The notes under the pieces were generated by a model, which was not told where the DNA came from, did not search any database, and saw only the letters and a program-made list of their open reading frames with translations. From Marinicella sp. (GTDB lineage Bacteria > Pseudomonadota > Gammaproteobacteria > Xanthomonadales > Marinicellaceae), in the NCBI GenBank assembly GCA_965230295.1, contig OZ246001.1, positions 2,688,001 through 2,752,000 of the forward strand: 64,000 nt of DNA, read 5' to 3'. A program made the translations under genes and the position numbers. Numbering within the stretch: position 1 is the stretch's first letter; each line of letters begins with the position of its first letter. Below are positions 25,932-34,508 of this stretch, one piece after another.

Positions 25932-27482
25932 TTATGTTGTGCTTTCAACTGTTTTTTCGGTTTTTTGAAATTCAAAAATTTGCCTTTTATTGGCGTACAT
26001 CAACATCAACACCACCGGTATCCCGATGACAGCAGTCATCAGATAAAAGTTGGCATAGCCCATTTGTTCAACCATGCCACCGGAGTAACCACCCAGTATT
26101 TTCGGGAACAAGGTCATGACCGATGAAAACATCGCATATTGGACAGCGGTGAATTGACGATTAACCAACAGTGACAAAAATCCAACAAAGGCCGTCAGGG
26201 CCATGCCTTGAGATAAATTGTCAGCGGAAATCATGAAGGTTAGGAATGTCAGGCTCTTTTCCATATCGACCATGATCATAAAGAGTAAATTGGTTGCCGC
26301 AGAGAGGATGGCAGCGATGATCATGATGCGCATGATACCAAATTTGACCACCAAAAATCCGCCAAGAATTCCGCCACTGATGGTCATGATCAGGCCAAAT
26401 GTTTTCACGATACTGGCAATTTCATCCAAATCGAAACCTTTGAACTGATAAAACAAATTGGCGGTGACCCCCATCACTATGTCAGAAATCCGATACAGGC
26501 AGATGATGCCAATCAGTAACCCTATGTGTTTCTTATTGCGCAAAAACAGATCATAAACAGGAGACCAGTAGACGTCTTTGATCATGGCTTTATTGACCAT
26601 TGAAGAATGGGACACCAGCCAAGCTGTCAGCGCTGCAAATCCCAATGCCAACAGCAACTGCAAAGTGGTGGTTATAAAGGTTGCCAACGGTTGGTTACCC
26701 GTTAGTTGAGACAAGTAAGCCTTAAATTCGACCATGAAAGGAGCCGTCTGCTTATAGGTAAGGATCAAGACCGCAATACTGATGATGAAAATAAACACCA
26801 CGGCCAAATAATCTTTGGTATTGTGGACCAAAGCAGCGGCTTTCTTTGGCTCTTTGATCCACAAGGTGGTGCCAATACCAATCAACATGGTGGCCGCCAT
26901 GGATAAATAACTGATTTTCCAGGCGCCGTAATTGTAATGATCCATGCTGGTGCCAAAGTAGGCTGCAATGTACAGGGCGCCAGCCCCGGATGTCAGCATG
27001 CCCAAGCGATAACCGACGGTATAAACAGAAGACAACATGGCAATGTCTTTGTCTGTAGAGGCTTCAATACGCCAGGCATCAATCAAGATGTCCTGAGTGG
27101 CTGCGGTAAAGCCAAGCAGAGTCACTGACAATGCCATTTGCGTTAATGCATTAACACCATGGGCTGGATCGGTGAAGGCCATCAACGATATGGCAACCAT
27201 GATCATGATTTGGATGAAGAGCAACCAACCTCGCCTTTGCCCCATTCTTGAACTGAGAATAGGTATGGGCAGCCTGTCAACCAGGGGTGACCAAAGGTAC
27301 TTGAAAGAGTAACCCAAGGCAGCCCAGCTGAAATATGTGATGGCAGATTTTTCAACACCCACTTGATCCAGCCACAGTGACAACGATGAAAAGATCAAAA
27401 AATAAGGGATGCCAGCTGAAAATCCAAACAAGGTCATGTGCAGAAACTTGGGGTGCAATAAGTGTTTAATGGTTTCAGACAT
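25932..27482 (-). CDS. ampG: AmpG-family muropeptide MFS permease
   Basis: GFSAGIPY, SFKYLWSPLVD, ATQDILIDAWRIE, FTAVQYA. Confidence 0.85.
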   Translation of the reverse strand: MSETIKHLLHPKFLHMTLFGFSAGIPYFLIFSSLSLWLDQVGVEKSAITYFSWAALGYSFKYLWSPLVDRLPIPILSSRMGQRRGWLLFIQIMIMVAISLMAFTDPAHGVNALTQMALSVTLLGFTAATQDILIDAWRIEASTDKDIAMLSSVYTVGYRLGMLTSGAGALYIAAYFGTSMDHYNYGAWKISYLSMAATMLIGIGTTLWIKEPKKAAALVHNTKDYLAVVFIFIISIAVLILTYKQTAPFMVEFKAYLSQLTGNQPLATFITTTLQLLLALGFAALTAWLVSHSSMVNKAMIKDVYWSPVYDLFLRNKKHIGLLIGIICLYRISDIVMGVTANLFYQFKGFDLDEIASIVKTFGLIMTISGGILGGFLVVKFGIMRIMIIAAILSAATNLLFMIMVDMEKSLTFLTFMISADNLSQGMALTAFVGFLSLLVNRQFTAVQYAMFSSVMTLFPKILGGYSGGMVEQMGYANFYLMTAVIGIPVVLMLMYANKRQIFEFQKTEKTVESTT

Positions 27483-27644
27483 GACAGGAATTTGCAAAAA
27501 GTGGCAGTTTAGCACGGATGAATGCTATCGCATTGTTTTAACAGACAAATATTGATTTAAGTTGACCGGTCAGGGATTAGATTTTGAGTTATTAAAATAA
27601 ATCGGTTATGATTTATTCAAAATGAGGATTAGTGGAAGGGTTTA

Positions 27645-28688
27645 ATGATCAAAGCCGAAGACTTAAAAGAATATTATCCATTCAATAAAATTGATGTGAA
27701 ATTCTATCCGTTGTTGCTGAATGAGTTTGAATATTTTGAAAAGCAACAGGGTGATAAGTTGTATGAAATCAATCGCCGTGCAGAAAACACCAAATACCTC
27801 ACCAAAGGTGTGGTGCAGATCACCACTGATAAAGGCCGTGAAAAAACCCTGAAATCCACTTCGTTATCGGCCAAATACCCAGTTGGAGATGCCAACAAGT
27901 CCAACACCATGGATGCTGTTGTGACATCCAAAGCCATGAAAGGCTTTCAAATCAGTTCCAATTTGGTAGATCATTTACAAGTCTGGAATTCGGTTTACAC
28001 CAACGCCGCCCAAGACAGTCCTTTAAGGGGGCACAACAGTTATGATTGGGTGGTGGGTTTATTGAAAAGCCGTTCAGTACAAATGCTGCCACAAGGTAAC
28101 ATTGGAGAATTGTTTAACGAACTGGATTCTGTTCAAGTTAAAGCCGGTCAAGAAGTGATCTCAGAAGGAGATCCTGGTGATTATTGTTACATCATCGCTG
28201 AAGGTGTGGCAGATGTTTATCAAGTGGTTGCTGAAGGTGAAAAGAAAGTTGCGATACTCGACCAGGGCACATTATTCGGTGAATCGGCACTGGTCAGCAG
28301 TGAACCTCGAAATGCTTCGGTGCGCATGCAAACAGATGGTCTATTGATGCGCTTGGCAGGAGCGACATTTTCCAAGCTGCTCAAAGCCCATGTTGTGCGT
28401 TGGATAACGGCACAATCGGCACTGGAAATGTTGACTGCAGGCGCCACTTTGATCGATGTCAGAGAACCAGAGGAGTATGCTCGACAGTCGATTCAAGGTT
28501 GTTTCAATATTCCGGTCACCAAAATCAGAAAGAATGTACATAAGTTGAACCTCAACTCAACCATCATCACCTGTAGCAACCTGGGATCCAGATGTGCATC
28601 TGCTGCATTTACCCTGGCCACATTGGGTTACGATGTGTATGCCTTACAAGGCGGCATCAACGGTTTAATCAGGACCTTACAGAGTTGA
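27645..28688 (+). CDS. Cyclic-nucleotide-binding domain protein with C-terminal rhodanese domain
   Basis: EGDPGD..YII..G, FGESAL...PRNASV; LIDVREPEEY ... VYALQGG. Confidence 0.85.
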   Translation: MIKAEDLKEYYPFNKIDVKFYPLLLNEFEYFEKQQGDKLYEINRRAENTKYLTKGVVQITTDKGREKTLKSTSLSAKYPVGDANKSNTMDAVVTSKAMKGFQISSNLVDHLQVWNSVYTNAAQDSPLRGHNSYDWVVGLLKSRSVQMLPQGNIGELFNELDSVQVKAGQEVISEGDPGDYCYIIAEGVADVYQVVAEGEKKVAILDQGTLFGESALVSSEPRNASVRMQTDGLLMRLAGATFSKLLKAHVVRWITAQSALEMLTAGATLIDVREPEEYARQSIQGCFNIPVTKIRKNVHKLNLNSTIITCSNLGSRCASAAFTLATLGYDVYALQGGINGLIRTLQS

Positions 28689-28738
28689 GTTAAACCGCTT
28701 GAATTGAGCCATTGAATCTGGCTATTTTTTCGCACTTC

Positions 28739-28747
28739 TGTTACAAT
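28739..28747 (+). promoter_or_regulatory. Putative extended -10 promoter (TGnTACAAT) for prpBC
   Basis: TG-T-TACAAT about 165 nt upstream of the prpB ATG. Confidence 0.45.
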
Positions 28748-28910
28748 TTGCACGCCTGATTTTAGGTGGTGATTTCAGCAGCACCTCCATTCAGACCAAC
28801 AACCATTGATTGCGTGAGAGAGACGCAACCAATAATTCACAAAAGATGCTTTTTCTCCTGTTTTGATGATTCGAATAGTTTATTAAAAGCCAGATAAAAC
28901 AATAAAAAAA

Positions 28911-29813
28911 ATGACCAATTCAAACCTCAGTGCGGGTCAAAAGTTCCGCGAAGCAGTTACCAACAACCGGCCCCTCAAAGTGGTCGGAGCCATCAATGCC
29001 TTCACTGCCAGAATGGCCAAGAATGTGGGACACCAAGCCATTTACTTGTCTGGGGGTGGTGTGGCAGCCAATTCTTTGGGAATGCCTGACCTGGGAATTT
29101 CTTCACTGGAAGATGTGTTGACCGATGTCCGTCGCATCACCGATGTTTGTGATTTGCCACTATTGATTGATGTAGATACCGGTTGGGGAGGGGCATTCAA
29201 CATAGCCAGAACTACCCGTTCAGTGATCAAAGCAGGTGCTGCTGCGATGCACATTGAAGATCAAGTTGCCCAGAAACGTTGCGGTCATCGGCCGAATAAA
29301 GAAGTGGTTTCACAACAAGAAATGGTGGATCGAATCAAAGCAGCTGTTGATGCCAGAACTGATGAAGGTTTTGTCATCATGGCCAGGACCGATGCTTTGG
29401 CCATTGAAGGTGAAGAAGCAGCCATTGAAAGGGCCATAGCTTGTGTTGAAGCAGGTGCTGACATGATTTTTCCTGAAGCGATGAAAACTTTGGACCAGTA
29501 CCAACGTTTCAAGGATGCAGTGGGTGTGCCTATTTTGGCCAACATCACTGAATTCGGCCACACCCCATTGTTCACCAGTGATGAATTGGGTCAGCATGGC
29601 GTTGATATCGTGCTGTATTGTTGTAGCGCATACCGAGCAATGAATCGTGCGGCTGAGTTGGTGTATCAATCGATACTGTCCCAAGGTCACCAAAAAGATG
29701 TCTTGGAAATCATGCAAACCAGAGAAGAGCTGTACAGTCATTTGGACTACCACAGCTACGAACAAAAATTAGATCAATTATTTTCACAAGAAAAAGATTC
29801 AGAGGATAAATAA
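28911..29813 (+). CDS. prpB: 2-methylisocitrate lyase
   Basis: [43 protein letters not shown]. Confidence 0.95.
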   Translation: MTNSNLSAGQKFREAVTNNRPLKVVGAINAFTARMAKNVGHQAIYLSGGGVAANSLGMPDLGISSLEDVLTDVRRITDVCDLPLLIDVDTGWGGAFNIARTTRSVIKAGAAAMHIEDQVAQKRCGHRPNKEVVSQQEMVDRIKAAVDARTDEGFVIMARTDALAIEGEEAAIERAIACVEAGADMIFPEAMKTLDQYQRFKDAVGVPILANITEFGHTPLFTSDELGQHGVDIVLYCCSAYRAMNRAAELVYQSILSQGHQKDVLEIMQTREELYSHLDYHSYEQKLDQLFSQEKDSEDK

Positions 29814-29814
29814 C

Positions 29815-30945
29815 ATGGGAAATGTAAAAAAAGCAGGCGGCGCGGGCCTCAGGGGTCAAAGCGCTGGTGAAACGAAATTATGTACAGTTGGTAAAATTGG
29901 CGCTGGCCTGACTTACCGTGGTTATGATGTGGATGACCTGGCTACCAATGCCAGTTTTTATGAAACGGCCTACTTGATTTTGCACGGCAAACTGCCTAAC
30001 CAAGCAGAATTGGATGCCTACAAGCAGAAAATCAACAGTTTGCGTGAATTGCCGGAAGCCGTCAAGAAAACCCTGGAGTTGATTCCTAAAGATGCCCACC
30101 CAATGGATGTGATGCGCACCGGTTGTTCGATTTTGGGCAATGTGGAAGGTGAAACTGATTTCTCACAACAGTTGGACAAAGCCGACCGCTTGGTGGCCAT
30201 TTTTCCATCCATCATTTGCTACTGGTATAAATTTGCGCATGAAGGGGTGCGCATCGAAACCGCCTCTGACATCGATGGTGTAGGCGCTCACTTTTTAGAG
30301 ATGCTGCATGGCAAGGCGCCCAATGAATTACACGCCAGGGTGATGGATGTGTCATTGATTCTGTACGCTGAGCACGAATTCAATGCGTCAACCTTCACCG
30401 GTCGCGTCGTGGCATCGACCTTGTCAGACATCCATTCATGTGTGACTGCATCAGTGGGTGCTTTGCGTGGTCCGTTGCATGGCGGCGCCAATGAAGCGGC
30501 CATGGCTCTGCTACAAAAATTCTCAAGCGTAGAAGAAGCTGAAGCCGGTATTGATGAAATGCTGCGCACCAAACAGCTGATCATGGGTTTTGGCCATGCC
30601 GTTTATACCGAGGTGGATCCACGCAATGCCATCATCAAGCGCTGGTCAGAACAATTGGCTGAAGAAGTGGGTGACACGGTGTTGTACCCTGTCAGTTGTG
30701 CGGTTGAGAAAAAAATGTGGGATGAGAAAAAACTGTTCCCTAATGCCGATTTCTTCCACGCATCGGCCTACCACTTCATGGGTATCCCGACCGAGTTATT
30801 CACACCTATTTTTGTGATGTCACGTGTCACTGGTTGGACCGCTCATGTGATGGAGCAACGAGAAAACAACCGCATCATCAGACCCAATGCTGACTACACA
30901 GGCCCTGATACCCGCAGAGTCGGACCGATAGAAGAACGCGACTGA
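29815..30945 (+). CDS. prpC: 2-methylcitrate synthase
   Basis: GLRGQSAG, YAEHEFNASTF, GPLHGGANEAA, MGFGHAVY, FPNADF. Confidence 0.95.
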   Translation: MGNVKKAGGAGLRGQSAGETKLCTVGKIGAGLTYRGYDVDDLATNASFYETAYLILHGKLPNQAELDAYKQKINSLRELPEAVKKTLELIPKDAHPMDVMRTGCSILGNVEGETDFSQQLDKADRLVAIFPSIICYWYKFAHEGVRIETASDIDGVGAHFLEMLHGKAPNELHARVMDVSLILYAEHEFNASTFTGRVVASTLSDIHSCVTASVGALRGPLHGGANEAAMALLQKFSSVEEAEAGIDEMLRTKQLIMGFGHAVYTEVDPRNAIIKRWSEQLAEEVGDTVLYPVSCAVEKKMWDEKKLFPNADFFHASAYHFMGIPTELFTPIFVMSRVTGWTAHVMEQRENNRIIRPNADYTGPDTRRVGPIEERD

Positions 30946-30968
30946 GTTCGGATGATTTAATTGATATT

Positions 30969-30993
30969 AAGCCCGATTTATTCGGGCTTTTTT
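30969..30993 (+). terminator. Rho-independent terminator after prpC
   Basis: AAGCCCGA-TTTAT-TCGGGCTT followed by TTTT. Confidence 0.8.
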
Positions 30994-31131
30994 GATTCCT
31001 GGAGTTGATGCTGCGGAAAGCCAGTAGCTTATCCTGCTACTTAAGTGGATTCTGGTGCGCTTTGTGATCAGGTGGTTCCCTAATGGTAGAAAAGCGCTTA
31101 TGATAAAGTTATTCAACAACAGGAAATCATT

Positions 31132-32121
31132 ATGGTGGAACCCATATATCGTTGGATCAAAGCGGGCTTGATTCCGTCCGACCAGACCCAATCAGCCTTA
31201 GAATTAGCGGAGGAAAGGGCTTCGTCAAAGGGTTGGTTATCATTCATACTCAAACTGCTGGTCTTGCTGGGTGTCTTGTCTCTGGCATTTGGTGTGGTGT
31301 TTTTCTTTGCTTATAACTGGAATGCGTTGGGAAGGGCATTCAAATTCATCACTTTACAAGTCTTGTTAGTTGCTGTTTTTGCTTTGTATTTCTTCAGAGC
31401 GAAATCGGCATGGACAGCACAAGCGCTGTTACTGGGTGGTGTATTGGTTTTGGGTACTTTATTGGCCCAATTCGGCCAGACCTATCAAACCGGGGCAGAT
31501 CCTTGGCAATTGTTTGCTACATGGGCCTTGTTGATTTTGCCATTGGTTTTATTCAGCCGTTCAGAAGTGTTGTGGTTGGTGATGGTATTGTTGATCAACA
31601 CGGCATTGACTTTGTATTTACAAGTAAACCGTTCCTTGTTTGGGGTGTTATTTCTGGGCTACCACTTACCGTGGTTCTATTTAACCATCAATGCGGTATT
31701 TCTGTTGGTCATGGAGTGGTTGGCAAGTCAGTCAGCAAGCCCAGTACCTTTGTTGAAATTAACCCATCGATGGGCAGCACAAGTCTTGGGTGTGGTGGTG
31801 ATTTTCATTTTGGGTGTCATGGGTTTGGAAGCCATTTGGGGAAGTTCTCGGGAAAGTAACATAAATCTGCTGATGTTCATGGTACTGATGCCTGCCTTGT
31901 TTTTTTATTATCGATATCTTGCCAAAGATTTGTTGCTGTTAACTGCTTGGTTGTTGTCGTTGATCTTCTTTGTGCTGTCCATGTTGGCAAGAGCCGTGTT
32001 TGACAGTTTTGATGCCGGTGGCTTGTTGTTGATGGCCATCAGTCTGATTGTCATGTCCACATTTGCTGTGTCTTGGTTGAAAAAAACCAACCTTGTATTC
32101 AAACAGGAGCAGTCATCATGA
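31132..32121 (+). CDS. DUF2157-type membrane protein
   Basis: FFFAYNW, GQTYQTGADPWQLFA.W; multiple TM helices. Confidence 0.8.
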   Translation: MVEPIYRWIKAGLIPSDQTQSALELAEERASSKGWLSFILKLLVLLGVLSLAFGVVFFFAYNWNALGRAFKFITLQVLLVAVFALYFFRAKSAWTAQALLLGGVLVLGTLLAQFGQTYQTGADPWQLFATWALLILPLVLFSRSEVLWLVMVLLINTALTLYLQVNRSLFGVLFLGYHLPWFYLTINAVFLLVMEWLASQSASPVPLLKLTHRWAAQVLGVVVIFILGVMGLEAIWGSSRESNINLLMFMVLMPALFFYYRYLAKDLLLLTAWLLSLIFFVLSMLARAVFDSFDAGGLLLMAISLIVMSTFAVSWLKKTNLVFKQEQSS

Positions 32122-33746
32122 GTGATTTACAGTTATGGAGTCGATTGAAATCTGCCAAGCTGGTAACTGGGGAGGTGCCAGAAGATGCATCCAATGAGGA
32201 AATGAATTTTTGGTACATCCGTGCCTTACAAGGTTTTGCTGGTTGGTTGGCAGCACTGTTTTTGATCGGCTTTTTAGGCTTTGGTGTGGCGGGCTTATTC
32301 GAGCAAGGTGCAGCTTTGGTTTTGTTGGGCCTGATCATCAATGGATCAACCTATGCCTATTTCAAATCAAACCCGGACAGTGATTTTTTTGAGCAGATGG
32401 TGTTGGCCTTCAGTTTAACTGGACAATTTCTGTTCGCCTTTGGTGTGTTTGAATTATTCGATTTAAGAAGCAAACACTGGTTGGCGTTGTTGGCCATTTA
32501 TCAATTCATATTGATGTTTGTGATGCGCAATTACTTACACCGCCTCCTAAGTGCTTGGTTTGGTGTCATTGCGCTGTTCTGGGGTTTTGATGTCCTGGTT
32601 TACTCAGGTTTGGGTGCCGCCTTGGTGTCCCTGGTGTTTGTTTGGATTTGGTTGAATAAGTCTGGCTGGGAAGCTGAAAAGAACTTTTATGAACCCATAG
32701 GATATGCCATGGCCTTGGCGTTGTTACAACTGCACACCCAAAATCATGTGTGGTTGTTTGGATTGTTCCGTTACCGCACGCAAGAAGTCAGTTGGTTGAT
32801 GGTCAATGCTTACTGGATTTCTGCTTTGTTGAATTCAGCTGTGTTGATTTATTTTGTGTATCGCATGATTCAAGAACAGCGAATTAATCTGTCAAGTACC
32901 TCAGGCAGGTTGATCATTTTGGCTGGCTTGGCACTGTTGGTAACCGCCATGCCTGTGATTGGCCTGAGCAGTGCCATGTTGGTTTTATTGGTTGGTTTTG
33001 CCAGACAAAATAAATTACTGACTGCATTGGGTGGCTTGGCCATGTTGGGGTTTGTGTTTTGGTATTATGCTTCACTCAACACAACCTTGTTGATGAAATC
33101 ATTGATCTTGATGGCTGTCGGTGTGGCGCTGTTATTAGGGTATTTTGTAGCCAAACACTTTTTAGTCAAAGAACAGCTGCCCAGCCGTGAGTATCCAAAC
33201 TCAGTAGAAGCCACGGCATTGAGTCGATGGCAGCAAATGGCCGTGGTGTTTACCTTGGTGGTCTGTTTGCTTGGAGTGAACCATGCCATCTGGCAAAAAG
33301 AACAGGTGCTGAAGGACGGACAGTCAGTCTTTTTAGAGCTTGCTCCCGTTGACCCCAGATCCATCATGCAAGGTGATTTCATGCGGTTGAGGTTTGCAGT
33401 GGGTAATCAAGTTCGCAGCAACACCAACAGCACAGGAAAAACATTTGATGAGCGTAATCATGATGGTTATTTTTATGTGAAGCTGGATGAACGGGGCGTA
33501 GGCAATTTCTTTGCTATGGCAGACAGTGGGATTGAAGAGATGAACGGCCTGGTTAAAATGCAATACCGCATGCGCAACAACAGGGTGCAGTTTGCCACCA
33601 ATGCCTTTTTCTTCCAAGAAGGTGATGCCAAATTGTTTGATGCTGCTCAGTTTGGTGAATTCAAAGTGGCTGATGACGGTGAACTTCTGTTGAAAGCCAT
33701 GTATGATAAGGACTTGAATTTACTGGGTGAGAACCGTTTGGATTGA
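32118..33746 (+). CDS. DUF4401 membrane domain fused to GDYXXLXY domain
   Basis: W....L.GF.GWLAALF, YY.L..TLL.KS, then LELAPVDPRSIMQGDFMRLRF and FFFQEG. Confidence 0.75.
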   Translation: MSDLQLWSRLKSAKLVTGEVPEDASNEEMNFWYIRALQGFAGWLAALFLIGFLGFGVAGLFEQGAALVLLGLIINGSTYAYFKSNPDSDFFEQMVLAFSLTGQFLFAFGVFELFDLRSKHWLALLAIYQFILMFVMRNYLHRLLSAWFGVIALFWGFDVLVYSGLGAALVSLVFVWIWLNKSGWEAEKNFYEPIGYAMALALLQLHTQNHVWLFGLFRYRTQEVSWLMVNAYWISALLNSAVLIYFVYRMIQEQRINLSSTSGRLIILAGLALLVTAMPVIGLSSAMLVLLVGFARQNKLLTALGGLAMLGFVFWYYASLNTTLLMKSLILMAVGVALLLGYFVAKHFLVKEQLPSREYPNSVEATALSRWQQMAVVFTLVVCLLGVNHAIWQKEQVLKDGQSVFLELAPVDPRSIMQGDFMRLRFAVGNQVRSNTNSTGKTFDERNHDGYFYVKLDERGVGNFFAMADSGIEEMNGLVKMQYRMRNNRVQFATNAFFFQEGDAKLFDAAQFGEFKVADDGELLLKAMYDKDLNLLGENRLD

Positions 33747-33834
33747 TTTGTAGTGGTTCCAATGTCGGTGTCAACAGATTTTTTCTGAGCCATCTGCAGG
33801 CTTTGATGAACCTGTCACAAACCAGCACTGTGGC

Positions 33835-34405
33835 ATGAAGGAATGTTCTTGGGGCTTCATTCTGGTTTATGGTCTGACAGGTCTTCATATTTGCTGCGCA
33901 AATAAACCGACCTTTACAGACTATTGTCTGAGCAGTTGCTTCGCACTGCATGTCTGTTCCAGACAAAAGTGAAAACGACTGCTTACATGGATGTAAGTAT
34001 GCAGCGATAGCAGGCAGGAATTGTTCCCAACAATTCTCTGCCTTCACCCCGTCCTGGGGATCGATGCGGTAGCTGCCGAGGCGAACATGACTTGCTACCT
34101 CGCACGCACTACGGCATTCAAATCGGGCTTCTTTATCTTCGATAAAACCGCCCAACTTTCATTGCCTGTGCTATAACGCCATTCACATAAGGTTTCTTGA
34201 CTTCGTCAAATCACCATATGTTCATTGGCTATTCTCTTCGCCTCTGATTGGCCTACATGGATGTAGGTCTGAGCGATAGCGGCCGCAACATCAATAGCTC
34301 ACGGCTTATCGCTCATTGCATAAAGGTTCCTTTGCTTCGCAAAACCACCTTTATTCCACTCACTGCCTAACCGGCTCGGCGGGTTAAGCTGCTCAGCAGC
34401 TTTCC
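33835..34405. repeat. Highly structured non-coding dispersed repeat, copy 2 (571 bp, with 100-bp insertion)
   Basis: Same orientation and ends as 17417-17904; insertion at 33980-34079; lacks 14 bp present in copy 1. Confidence 0.9.
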
Positions 34406-34508
34406 GTGGTATGTGATATTATTCTTGGCTGGCTCAAATACATACTCAATGGATGCTTTTTTCTGGAATCAGAAACGCGCCTAATCTAACATAATTACTG
34501 TCATAAAA

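Noticed and set aside
33661-34155. 164-aa and 64-aa (17408-17602) minus-strand ORFs across the structured repeat
   Set aside because: No recognisable motifs; a non-triplet indel (+97 bp) between the copies breaks the frame; conservation follows base pairing rather than codons.
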